Shown: piece by piece, positions 17,735 to 27,279 of the stretch
Position numbering within the stretch: the stretch's first letter is position 1
Layout: each line of letters opens with the position of its first letter
Assembly (NCBI GenBank): GCA_043815885.1
Contig: JBDRIL010000037.1
Span: 1 to 32,240 of the forward strand
Source: an archaeon
GTDB taxonomy: Archaea; Iainarchaeota; Iainarchaeia; Iainarchaeales; 1-14-0-10-31-34
Length of the DNA: 32,240 nucleotides
Reading direction: 5' to 3'
Position numbers and translations under genes: made by a program
The notes under the pieces: generated by a model
Seen by the model: the letters and a program-made list of their open reading frames with translations, nothing else
Told to the model about the DNA's origin: nothing
Databases searched by the model: none

Positions 17735-19210
17735 CTAATTACTGCATCTGATTTTTTTTGAAGTATGCTGTTCCCTCCTCTTTAACCCAAACATATACAT
17801 CGTTCTCTTAATTAATTCCCTTGAAAATCCATTGAATTGCTGAAAAAACCTTTTCCATAAGCCTAATTCAAGTAAATACTTTGGTTTTATTTTAAGCAAA
17901 CCCATTCCATAATTTTTTTCTTCATAAGCTTTTTGGATTAACGGCAAAACATTTTTTTCAAATTCATTCCAAGGAATTATTTCCTCATTCAAGTAAGCTC
18001 GCTTATGAAAGCCTGCACTCCAATCAGAGAAATCCATATCATCAGCTGCTAACCCCTTTTCTTTTGCTAGTTCCCAGAACTCGTTTTGAGGGTAAGCCAA
18101 TAACTGGAAAAACAGGACTCTATCCAAATTCGGATTCCTGACTAATTCAAAGCTTTTTTCAATGTCCTGCATTGTTTCCCCTGGAACCCCAAAAATAAAA
18201 GTGCCTTCAGTTTTTAGCTTATGTCTTCCGCAAGCATCCAACGCACTGTAATGTTGTTTCACTGTAGCGCTTTTATCCTTTAAATAACTAAGTATTCTTT
18301 CACTTCCGCTCTCTAAACCAAAATTAATGTATTGAGTATTAAATGACTTCAATATCTTACATGTCTCGTTATCAATCAAGCTGGTTCTACCATAAACATA
18401 GAATTCAGTCTTTTGGTGGATTCCTTCTTTTCTAAGCAATTCAGCGATTCTCTTCAATCTTTTTTTGTCTATCACAAATAAGTCATCCATTACTTTAATC
18501 ATATCAATTTTAGGATACTTCTCAATCAACTGAATTATTTCTCTTGCAACATATTCTGGAGAGTGAAAGCGCATTGTTCTCTGCCAGAAATGTTGCTGAG
18601 AACAAAAAAGACAGTTAAAACAACATCCTCTGTTGGTTATTATGCTTGTGCCGATTGAAAGCTTGTCAAAGGAATGCCTTGCAGGTTTAAGGTAATATTC
18701 CTTTATTTTCATTAAGTCTCTTGCAGGAAAAGGGATTAAGTCCAATGGTTCAATATTCTTTCTTCTCTCGTTAATGACAACTTTTCCTTTCTCATGAAAA
18801 CAAATTCCTTTAATTTTATTTAATTCTTTTGATTCAAATGATTTCTTTCTTTCAAATAATTCAATTAATTCACTTAAGGTTTTTTCTCCTTCCCCAAGGA
18901 TGCCAATATCAAAGCAGTCAGGCATTAAATGAGGCAAGGCAGTCACATGAAATCCGCCTAAGAGAATTGGAACATTTGTTTCTTCCTTGACTTTTCTTGC
19001 TAATGATTTTGCTTTCTCGTAGTCAATAGTTGTACAGGAAATTCCAATCAAGTCAGGTTTTTCTCTCTTGATTCCCTTCAACAAATTCTCTTTATCAATA
19101 ATAACAGTATTATCAAATCCATTATATTTCCTTAAATAAGACGCCAAGTAACCTAATCCAAGAGGAGGCAATGCTTCTACTTCGTCAATGCTAACTAATG
19201 CAAGCTTCAT
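17735..19210 (-). CDS. B12-binding-domain radical SAM protein
   Basis: PPLGLGYLASYL, GGFHVT, GEGE, RGCCFNCLFC, MDDLF, GLESGS. Confidence 0.93.
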   Translation of the reverse strand: MKLALVSIDEVEALPPLGLGYLASYLRKYNGFDNTVIIDKENLLKGIKREKPDLIGISCTTIDYEKAKSLARKVKEETNVPILLGGFHVTALPHLMPDCFDIGILGEGEKTLSELIELFERKKSFESKELNKIKGICFHEKGKVVINERRKNIEPLDLIPFPARDLMKIKEYYLKPARHSFDKLSIGTSIITNRGCCFNCLFCSQQHFWQRTMRFHSPEYVAREIIQLIEKYPKIDMIKVMDDLFVIDKKRLKRIAELLRKEGIHQKTEFYVYGRTSLIDNETCKILKSFNTQYINFGLESGSERILSYLKDKSATVKQHYSALDACGRHKLKTEGTFIFGVPGETMQDIEKSFELVRNPNLDRVLFFQLLAYPQNEFWELAKEKGLAADDMDFSDWSAGFHKRAYLNEEIIPWNEFEKNVLPLIQKAYEEKNYGMGLLKIKPKYLLELGLWKRFFQQFNGFSRELIKRTMYMFGLKRREQHTSKKIRCSN

Positions 19211-19310
19211 TTTTTATTTTCTCTCCTGCAAATTATTATTGTTTCTTTTAATTAAATTCAGGCAAGTGTACAGAAAAATTCAATCTCTCTAAATACCAGA
19301 ATTGACACTA

Positions 19311-19402
19311 ATATCAAAAGACATTAATTATGAAACTTTTTTAATGTCTTTTGATAGCTATCAAAGGACAAATTTTGTTTCTATATTTTTGTCCTTTGAT
19401 AT
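19311..19402. repeat. Nested palindromic array: four copies of TATCAAARGACA in alternating orientation
   Basis: Perfect 16-bp inverted repeat (19312-19327 / 19341-19356), then GC, then a perfect 14-bp inverted repeat (19359-19372 / 19388-19401). Confidence 0.92.
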
Positions 19403-19474
19403 AATTGCTAAAGCATCCTCTAAATAAATTTGAAAACAAATTATTTTAAAGATGCTTGGAAAAGAAGTAAATAC

Positions 19475-20524
19475 ATGCAAAAAGGAATGAATTCAATTCT
19501 TGTTACTGGTGGCGGGGGTTTTGTTGGAAGCCATGTGGCTGAATTCTATGCGAAAAAGGACAAGAGAGTGGCAGTGCTTGATAACCTCAGTAGAACGAAA
19601 TTACTGAAAAAAGAGGACAAGAATCAAGAATATAACTGGAATTACTTGAAGAAGTATGAAAACATAGAGTTAATTAAAGGAGACATAAGAAGAAAAGAGG
19701 ATTTGTCTAAGGCAATTGATGGAATTGATGCAGTGATTCATTGTGCTGCCCAGACAGCTGTCACTACCTCTGTAATTGAACCAGAACCAGATTTCACTAC
19801 CAATGCATTAGGGACATTCAATGTATTAGAGGCAGTGAGAAAGAATGACGTTAAAGCGATAGTTTATTGTTCTACGAATAAAGTGTATGGAGAAAACGTG
19901 AATAAAATTCCGATAGAGGAAGGAGAGAAGAGATATTCTTTTGGAAAAGAATTCAGTGAAGGAGTCCCAGAAAAATTTTCAATTGATTTATGCGAGCATA
20001 CTCCTTACGGTTGTTCTAAGCTGGCTGGAGACCTCTATGTACAGGATTACGCTCAGTTGTATGGAATAAAGACAGGAGTATTTAGGATGAGTTGCATCTA
20101 TGGAACAAGGCAGTTTGGGGTTGAGGACCAGGGATGGGTTGCATGGTTTACGATTGCCGCTCTTACAGGAAAACCAATTACAATTTATGGGGACGGAAAA
20201 CAGGTTAGGGATGTACTCTTTGTGAATGATTTGGTTGAAGCGTATGATGCATTTCTTGAAAGTAGCTTAAAGCAGGGAGTATTTAATACTGGGGGCGGAG
20301 CAAAAAACACCCTTTCCTTGAGGGAATTAATTGAAATACTGGAAGAAGATATTAATGGAAAAATAAAGAGTTCTTTTTCTGATTGGCGGCCCTCAGACCA
20401 AAAAGTATACATTTCAGATATCAGTAAATTAAAGGAACAATTACAGTGGGAGCCAAAGACAAGTCCAGAAGAAGGGGTAAAAGAATTAATTGAATGGGTA
20501 AAGGAAAACAAGAAGCTTTTTTAA
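19475..20524 (+). CDS. NDP-sugar epimerase, CDP-paratose 2-epimerase (RfbE/tyvelose epimerase)-like extended SDR
   Basis: TGGGGFVG, AQTAVTTS, STNKVYG, PYGCSK, FRMSCIYGTRQFGVEDQGWVAWF, WRPSDQK. The start is probably 19475 or 19487. Confidence 0.85.
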   Translation: MQKGMNSILVTGGGGFVGSHVAEFYAKKDKRVAVLDNLSRTKLLKKEDKNQEYNWNYLKKYENIELIKGDIRRKEDLSKAIDGIDAVIHCAAQTAVTTSVIEPEPDFTTNALGTFNVLEAVRKNDVKAIVYCSTNKVYGENVNKIPIEEGEKRYSFGKEFSEGVPEKFSIDLCEHTPYGCSKLAGDLYVQDYAQLYGIKTGVFRMSCIYGTRQFGVEDQGWVAWFTIAALTGKPITIYGDGKQVRDVLFVNDLVEAYDAFLESSLKQGVFNTGGGAKNTLSLRELIEILEEDINGKIKSSFSDWRPSDQKVYISDISKLKEQLQWEPKTSPEEGVKELIEWVKENKKLF

Positions 20525-20599
20525 TCTTCTGTTATTTCGTTGTTGTACCAAAAACTTATTATTAACTGAATTAATTACTTATTATGAAGGGGAAGCTAT

Positions 20600-21721
20600 T
20601 TGACTACAAAGAATATACTGGTTACTGGAGGCTGTGGATTCATTGGAAGTTTCTTGGTTGATAGATTGGTTAAAGATGGGCACACTGTAAGGATTCTGGA
20701 TAATTTGGATCCTCAAGTGCATCCAAATTCTTCTCCGCCTGATTACTTGAATGAAAAAGCTGAATTCATTAAAGGAGATATACGAAACAGAGAAGACGTG
20801 GGAAATGCTTTAGAGGGGATAGATATAGTGTTTCATGAAGCTTCTGCTGTAGGCGTCGGACAATCCATGTATGAAATCGAGCATTACGTGGATGTAAATA
20901 CAAGGGGAACTGCAACACTGCTTGATGTGATTGTCAACAAAGAAAATAACGTAAAAAAAATGATGGTTGCAGCTTCAATGAGCAGCTATGGAGAGGGAAG
21001 TTATGAATGTGAAAAATGTGGAGAGATTGAACCAGAGTTAAGAACAGAAGAACAAATGAGTAAAGGAGAATGGGAATTGATTTGTAGTAAATGCAATGGA
21101 ACTCTCCGACCAATAGCAACCCCTGAAACAAAGACACAGAAAACGAATTCAATTTATGCTTTAACGAAAAAAGACCAGGAAGAAATGTTTCTGCAGATAG
21201 GGAAAGCATATGGGATCCCAGCTGTTTCTTTAAGGTACTTTAATGTATTTGGGCCAAGACAGTCACTGAGCAATCCTTATACTGGAGTGATTGCAATCTT
21301 TTTAAGCAGAGTGAAAAATGATAAGCCCCCGATTATTTATGAAGATGGATTACAGACAAGAGATTTTGTATCGGTTCATGACGTGGTTGAAGCAAACGTT
21401 AAGGCAATGAATTCAAGTAATGCAAATTATGGGGTATTCAATGTTGGTTCAGGAAAAGACCTGAGTATAAAGGAGATTGCTTCAACTATAGTTGAGTTGT
21501 GTGGAAGTGAAGTCAGAACAGAAATAACGAATAAATTCAGAAAGGGAGACGTAAGACACTGCTTTGCTGATATAAGCAAGATAAGAAGTAAGTTGGAATT
21601 TGAACCAAAGACTTCTTTTAAAGAGGGAATGAAGGAATTAATTGAATGGAGTTCTTCCGTGAAAGCAGAAGACAGGTTTGAAGAAGCTGCAAGAGAACTA
21701 AAAGAAAGAGGACTAATCTAA
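20600..21721 (+). CDS. NDP-sugar epimerase/dehydratase (WbiB-like extended SDR with CxxC...CxxC insert)
   Basis: TGGCGFIG, AVGVGQSMYEI, YALTK, RYFNVFGPRQSLSNPYTGV, FRKGDVRHC. Confidence 0.85.
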   Translation: MTTKNILVTGGCGFIGSFLVDRLVKDGHTVRILDNLDPQVHPNSSPPDYLNEKAEFIKGDIRNREDVGNALEGIDIVFHEASAVGVGQSMYEIEHYVDVNTRGTATLLDVIVNKENNVKKMMVAASMSSYGEGSYECEKCGEIEPELRTEEQMSKGEWELICSKCNGTLRPIATPETKTQKTNSIYALTKKDQEEMFLQIGKAYGIPAVSLRYFNVFGPRQSLSNPYTGVIAIFLSRVKNDKPPIIYEDGLQTRDFVSVHDVVEANVKAMNSSNANYGVFNVGSGKDLSIKEIASTIVELCGSEVRTEITNKFRKGDVRHCFADISKIRSKLEFEPKTSFKEGMKELIEWSSSVKAEDRFEEAARELKERGLI

Positions 21722-21738
21722 TTTAGTGAGACAATAAA

Positions 21739-22383
21739 ATGAACTTAAAAGAATATTATGAAAGTTACTCCAAAGAAAGAGGCAATTATATAGCAAGGGT
21801 TCCTCTAGATAATGTTAAACGAGTTAATGACTTGCTCCCTTTTCTTGCTTCCCCTATGCTTGATGTGGGATGTGGAACTGGAGATAGTGTCAATTATTTC
21901 TCCAAAAAAGGTTTTATCGTAGAAGGATGTGATATTTCAGAAAATGCAATCAAAAAAGCAAGGAACTTGTTTGCCAAACATAATTTTTTTGTTCACGATT
22001 TTTCTTTGAAGTCTTTAAACAAGAAATACAATACAGTCTATGCCTTTGATGTAATAGAACACGTTTTTGATTATAACTCTTTTTTGCATAATATTTGGGA
22101 GAGCTTAAACAATAAAGGCAAACTTATTTTAGCTACCCCTAATGTTTGCGGTTTGAAGTCAAGAATAAAAGTGTTGCTTGGGAATGGAGAGCAGTTCATT
22201 AATTTCAGCGAGGGTAAACTCCAACCACATATTCGTTTTTTTACTGTGAAAACATTAAAGGAAGTACTTGAAAAGAATGAATTTAAGGTAATTAAAGTTT
22301 TTGGATACACTTCCATTCCCTTTAATTTATCAAATAACCTGTGCGGCAGCATTACTGCAATAGCAGAAAAAAGGACAAGCTAA
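21739..22383 (+). CDS. Class I SAM-dependent methyltransferase
   Basis: LDVGCGTG, GCDIS, DVIEHV, ATPN, HIRFFT. Confidence 0.9.
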   Translation: MNLKEYYESYSKERGNYIARVPLDNVKRVNDLLPFLASPMLDVGCGTGDSVNYFSKKGFIVEGCDISENAIKKARNLFAKHNFFVHDFSLKSLNKKYNTVYAFDVIEHVFDYNSFLHNIWESLNNKGKLILATPNVCGLKSRIKVLLGNGEQFINFSEGKLQPHIRFFTVKTLKEVLEKNEFKVIKVFGYTSIPFNLSNNLCGSITAIAEKRTS

Positions 22384-22426
22384 AATTAGAAAAAAACGAA
22401 TGCAAAATAATATGAAGGTTAAATAA

Positions 22427-23548
22427 ATGAAAATCTTTTACATCACAAGCGTATTATCAGACATCGGTGGAAGTGAAATCTATACAAGGGATCTATTGAA
22501 GGAATTAATAAACAGAGGGCATGAATTATTTGTTTTTACTACAGCCAAATACGATCTGCCTGGAGCAAAAGTTTACTCCATTCCTGTTTTTGGACATTCT
22601 GCTTTCCATAAATTTGAGGCACCATTGTTTTATTGGAAAGCAATTAGGGAAGCAAAGAAATTCAATCCAGATTTGATCCAGAGTCACTCCAATTCCTGTA
22701 TGGGTTTGATTGGGCATGTGGTGAAAAGAAACCTAAAAAAACCCCATGTAATGCTTATTGAATTAATTTCTTCAATGAATCAAAACCTTCATACTAAAAC
22801 CATTTTTCAAACAGAAAAATTCCTTCTCCCAAAACTGAATTACAATAAATTGGTTGTCTGGACTGAAAACATGAAGAAAAAATTCTTGCTTCCGTGGGGA
22901 GTGGAAGAAGGAAAGATTGAAGTGATTCCCGCAGCAGTAAATGTGAAAAATTATGATTTGGGGGCAAATGGAAGTGAGATTAATAAAAAATACGGAGAAA
23001 AGCTTATTACATCAATTAAGTCATTGTGGGGGACGAATGCAACAGGGATAGAGTACATCATTAAAGCAATGAAGATTGTTTCAAGGAAGTATCCTGAATA
23101 CAAATATATTATATTTGGATGGGGAAAAGAAAGAGAGAGGCTTGAGAGAATGGTGAAGGAATTAGCTCTGGAAGAAAACGTGCAATTCGCTGGCGCCATT
23201 CATCCAAATGAATGTGCAAATGTTGCTGCAGCCACAACTGTTGCACCGCATTCATTTGTTTATGAATTCTCAACTTCAATTTCATTGCTTGAATACATGG
23301 CTTGGGGAAAGGCATGCGTTGTAACAGACATAGGGAGCGTGAGAGAATTTGTGGGGGATTCAGCTTTAGTGGTCAAGGCAAAGGACGAAAAAGCAATGGC
23401 TGAAGGAATAATTAAATTGATTGAAGACAATGAGTTAAGGGAAAGCCTGGAAAGAAAGGCAAGAAAGAGAGTGGAAGAAAAATATTCAATTAAAGCAACA
23501 GTGGACAGGCTTGAAGGAATTTATGAGGGGTTAATAAAAAATAACTAA
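22427..23548 (+). CDS. GT4 (GT-B) glycosyltransferase with divergent donor-binding motifs
   Basis: GGSE, PDLIQSH, KIEVIP, LLEYMAWGK..VVTDIG. Confidence 0.85.
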   Translation: MKIFYITSVLSDIGGSEIYTRDLLKELINRGHELFVFTTAKYDLPGAKVYSIPVFGHSAFHKFEAPLFYWKAIREAKKFNPDLIQSHSNSCMGLIGHVVKRNLKKPHVMLIELISSMNQNLHTKTIFQTEKFLLPKLNYNKLVVWTENMKKKFLLPWGVEEGKIEVIPAAVNVKNYDLGANGSEINKKYGEKLITSIKSLWGTNATGIEYIIKAMKIVSRKYPEYKYIIFGWGKERERLERMVKELALEENVQFAGAIHPNECANVAAATTVAPHSFVYEFSTSISLLEYMAWGKACVVTDIGSVREFVGDSALVVKAKDEKAMAEGIIKLIEDNELRESLERKARKRVEEKYSIKATVDRLEGIYEGLIKNN

Positions 23549-23562
23549 AAAGGAAATCAAAA

Positions 23563-24936
23563 ATGAATAGTGAAATAACGATCAAAAATGATATTTTTGA
23601 TGAAGTGAAAAAAGAAAAGAAGCCAATTCACTTGGTTTTGATAGCAACAAAACCAGACATCATAAAACTAGCTCCATTGATTATTGAATTAAAAAAAGAA
23701 AATGAGTTCGTTTTAACGGTTCACTCAGGACAGCATTTTGACTGGAATCTTTCAGGTGGATTGGAAGAAGAATTTGGTTTAAGTCCAGACATTAATTTGA
23801 ATGTAAGGGGAATGCTCTTTGAACAGCAAGCTCAAATCATCGAGAGGCTTGGAAAAGTTTTATTCAAAATGAAGAAATTGAATAAAAGAATAATTCCCTA
23901 TATTCTGGGAGACACTACTACTGCTGTGGCAGGAGGAATTGCTTCCTTTGCTAACCTGCTTGGAACAGTTCATGTAGAGGCAGGATTAAGAACAATGACC
24001 CCGCCAAAAAAGAGGTTCTTTGAGCTGCTTTCAAACTTTGATGCTGAAGAATTCTATTTTAAATTAAGGGAGGCAAGTGGATGGAAAAAAGGTTCTTATG
24101 AACCTTATCCAGAACAATTTGATACAAGGGCTGCTGCTCCTTCCGCTGGGCTTCATTTCAGTCCAACACCGTTGAATAAAAAGCATTTGCTTGACGAAGG
24201 ATATGATGCAGAGAGAATAGTCACTGTAGGAAATCCTGTAAGTGATGCCATAGATTTAGTGGAAAAAAAAGGAAAGGAGAGTAACGTATTTGAGATGTTT
24301 CCACTGCTGGAGGAAGGAGAATGGATTAGATTCTGTATTCATAGGAGAGAGAATGTTTCCTCTCTTCACAGATTCAGTTCGTTAATAGAGGCAATAGAAA
24401 AACTTGTTAATAGAGGAGAAAAGATATTACTTGTATCGCTTGGAGCCACTGAGAAGGCACTCAATGACTTTGGACTGAAAAAGAAGATAGAAAAAATGAG
24501 TAAGAGCAATAAAAACTTCATTTACTCTCCTGTGTGGCCATACTACAGGGACGCGATTGCAGTAATGAAGAAATGCTCTGCTGTGGCAACTGATTCAGGA
24601 AGCATTCAGGAAGAAACCAATATACTTGGCGTTCCAGGGATAGTGTTAAGGTTTAATTCTGACAGACCAGAAGCAGTGTTTGCAGGAAGCAATACCCTTG
24701 CGCCTCCGATAAATGCAGAAATCGTTGAAAAGATTGTTAGAGAAGTAGTTGAAAACAAGAAACTAAACAAGCAGATGAGGAAAACACAAAAGCTCTATGG
24801 AAAGAATGTGTGCAAGAAGATTGTAAAGAATGCAAAAGAAGTATCTGCAAAGGAAGGATTATTCGAGTTATTCGAACAACAGAGATTGGGTTTAACTAAA
24901 CTTGATTTCTGGAAGAAAGGAGAAACGCAATGGTAG
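23563..24936 (+). CDS. UDP-N-acetylglucosamine 2-epimerase (WecB-like), elongated
   Basis: ATKPDIIK, SGQH, GDTTT, HVEAGLRT, VGNPVSDA, HRREN, TDSGSIQEE, DRPE. Confidence 0.85.
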   Translation: MNSEITIKNDIFDEVKKEKKPIHLVLIATKPDIIKLAPLIIELKKENEFVLTVHSGQHFDWNLSGGLEEEFGLSPDINLNVRGMLFEQQAQIIERLGKVLFKMKKLNKRIIPYILGDTTTAVAGGIASFANLLGTVHVEAGLRTMTPPKKRFFELLSNFDAEEFYFKLREASGWKKGSYEPYPEQFDTRAAAPSAGLHFSPTPLNKKHLLDEGYDAERIVTVGNPVSDAIDLVEKKGKESNVFEMFPLLEEGEWIRFCIHRRENVSSLHRFSSLIEAIEKLVNRGEKILLVSLGATEKALNDFGLKKKIEKMSKSNKNFIYSPVWPYYRDAIAVMKKCSAVATDSGSIQEETNILGVPGIVLRFNSDRPEAVFAGSNTLAPPINAEIVEKIVREVVENKKLNKQMRKTQKLYGKNVCKKIVKNAKEVSAKEGLFELFEQQRLGLTKLDFWKKGETQW

Positions 24937-25808
24937 CAGGAAAGGCAAGCATTGTAGTGCTTACCTTCAATAGAGAGGAAGTCATTGGCAAGACACTGGA
25001 TGCAATGATGAAACTCGATTATCCTCAAGAATATGAAGTAATAGTAATCAATGACGGAAGCAGTGATGGAACAAAAAGAGTTTTAGAGGATTACAGAAAA
25101 GAAAAAAGAGTAAGGATAATCAATCACGAAAAGGAATTAGGCCCTTGCAAGACAAGAAATGAAGGAATAAGGAAAGCAAGGTTTCCATTTGTAGTAATAA
25201 TGGATGATGACTGCATTCCTAAAAGAAATTGGCTGAAGGACTTAATGAAAGGGTTTAATGAAGAAAGAGTTGGAGTAGTGAGCGGGTTCTCAATTTATGG
25301 TGGTACGTCAACGGCATTCAGGAAAGATGTTTTGGATAGAGTGGGCCTGTATGACGAGGATTACTTCTATTACAGGGAAGACACTGACCTAGTTTTCAGA
25401 ATAATGGATGCAGGATACAAAGTAAAGCAGGTAAAGGCGGGATATGTACATGAACACGAGATAGAGAAACCAAATGGATTCATTGGATTATTAAGGCATG
25501 GATTTAAGAGGGCGAAAAATCATGCGAAAGATGTATTACTGTACAAAAAGAATCCGGAAAGAGCAAAAAAATTCCTCAATGTCAGACTAGGATTCTTTGT
25601 TGACCCGTTAACTGATTTTAGATCAGCTACAGGCAAATGGCATAAAGGAGGAACACTTAATTTGAGTTCCCCCAGAGGAATTATTTTTATTGAAAACAAG
25701 AATTTCTTGAATACTGTATTAATTTTTTTGCTTGGGATTAGTTATGTGATATCAGTAAAATTAGTTAGATTGAATGCGAGCATTAAGTATGGAAAATTAT
25801 TGATTTGA
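24930..25808 (+). CDS. GT2 glycosyltransferase
   Basis: TFNR, INDGSSDGT, RNEG, MDDDC, YREDTDL. Confidence 0.9.
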   Translation: MVAGKASIVVLTFNREEVIGKTLDAMMKLDYPQEYEVIVINDGSSDGTKRVLEDYRKEKRVRIINHEKELGPCKTRNEGIRKARFPFVVIMDDDCIPKRNWLKDLMKGFNEERVGVVSGFSIYGGTSTAFRKDVLDRVGLYDEDYFYYREDTDLVFRIMDAGYKVKQVKAGYVHEHEIEKPNGFIGLLRHGFKRAKNHAKDVLLYKKNPERAKKFLNVRLGFFVDPLTDFRSATGKWHKGGTLNLSSPRGIIFIENKNFLNTVLIFLLGISYVISVKLVRLNASIKYGKLLI

Positions 25809-25818
25809 GTGAATGTAA

Positions 25819-27279
25819 ATGAAGAAAAGAATGAAGGTATTAATATTGAATCCGCCTTTCCTGCCAAAATTCAGCCGGACCTCTAGGTCGCCAGCAGTAT
25901 CAAAAGGTGCAACAATCTATTATCCACTCTGGCTGGCGTATGCAACAGGAGTTTTGGAGAAAGAAGGATTTGAATGTAAGCTTATTGATGCACCTGCAAG
26001 AGGTTTAAGCTTGAAAGAAGTAATCAGGATAGCAAAAAAATTCAAGCCGGAAATGACTGTAATAGATACAAGCACTCCAAGCATTTACAATGACGTGAAA
26101 GTATTAGAGAATATAAAGGAAAGCCTTAATTGTTTCTGTGTACTGGTTGGAACCCATGTAAGTGCTTTGCCTGAGGAAAGCATTGGATTAAGTAAAAAAA
26201 TAGATGTAATTGCAAGAAAGGAATATGATTACACATTGAAAGAATTGGCCAAGGCATTGAGAGACAAAAAGGAATGGAGGAAAGTGAAAGGCATTTCTTA
26301 CAGGAAAAAAAACAAGGTTGTCCATAACAGAGACACTCCATTTATTGAGGATTTGGATGAATTGCCTTTTGTTTCAAGTGTCTATAAAAAACATTTAAGG
26401 ATAGAAGATTATTTTTATGCAGCAAACCTTTACCCAGAAATAACTATTATTACTGGAAGAGGCTGTCCAAACAGATGCACTTACTGTGTATTGCCACAGG
26501 TAATGAACGGGCATAATTACAGAACCAGGAGCGTTAAAAATGTGGTGGAAGAATTCAAGTATATCAAGGAAAACTTTCCTCAAGTGAAAGAAGTATTCAT
26601 TGAAGACGATACCTTTACTTCAGACAAGTTAAGGGTTAGAGATTTCTGTGATGAGTTAGTGAAAGAAAAATTAAAGGTTACCTGGAGTTGTAATGCAAGG
26701 GCAGACGTTGATCTGATAACGTTAAAAAAAATGAGGGAAGCAGGGTGCAGGCTGCTTTGCGTTGGGTTTGAGTCAGGGGTTCAAGAAATACTGAATAATA
26801 TGAAGAAGGGAACAAAGCTTGAAATAATTAGGAGATTCATGAAGGACGTGAAGAAAGCTGGAATCCTTGTGCATGGATGCTTTATGCTGGGAAATAAGGG
26901 AGAAACAAAGGAAACAATTGAAGAAACAATTGAATTCGCAAAAGAACTTGATCCGGATACAGCGCAATTCTTTCCCATAATGGTTTATCCCGGGACAGAA
27001 GCATATGGCCACTTTAAGGAAAAAGGCTTTCTGGAAAGCGAGGACTTCAGCAAATGGCTGACAGAGGACGGAAACCATTACTGTATTGTTTCCACTCCAA
27101 TTCTTTCAAACAAGGAATTGGTTGAGTTATGCGACAAGGGAAGAATGGAATTCTATTTAAGGCCCAAATACATTGGAAAAAAAGTAATTCAATCAATCAC
27201 AAATCCAAGAGAGATTCCGAGATTAGTGAAGAGCGGAAAGACTTTTTATAAATATTTGTTTAAAAAGGTAAAAAAATGA
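25819..27279 (+). CDS. B12-binding-domain radical SAM protein (HpnJ-like N-terminus)
   Basis: LNPPF..FSR..R.PA...YYPLWLAYATGVL, TSTPS, GRGCPNRCTYC, EDDTFT, VGFESG, YPGT. Confidence 0.92.
   Translation: MKKRMKVLILNPPFLPKFSRTSRSPAVSKGATIYYPLWLAYATGVLEKEGFECKLIDAPARGLSLKEVIRIAKKFKPEMTVIDTSTPSIYNDVKVLENIKESLNCFCVLVGTHVSALPEESIGLSKKIDVIARKEYDYTLKELAKALRDKKEWRKVKGISYRKKNKVVHNRDTPFIEDLDELPFVSSVYKKHLRIEDYFYAANLYPEITIITGRGCPNRCTYCVLPQVMNGHNYRTRSVKNVVEEFKYIKENFPQVKEVFIEDDTFTSDKLRVRDFCDELVKEKLKVTWSCNARADVDLITLKKMREAGCRLLCVGFESGVQEILNNMKKGTKLEIIRRFMKDVKKAGILVHGCFMLGNKGETKETIEETIEFAKELDPDTAQFFPIMVYPGTEAYGHFKEKGFLESEDFSKWLTEDGNHYCIVSTPILSNKELVELCDKGRMEFYLRPKYIGKKVIQSITNPREIPRLVKSGKTFYKYLFKKVKK

Noticed and set aside
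19311..19402. CRISPR array or replication origin
   Set aside because: The repeats are inverted with 13-15 nt spacers, there are only two units, no cas or cdc6/orc1 gene is nearby, and I see no ORB-like G-string.
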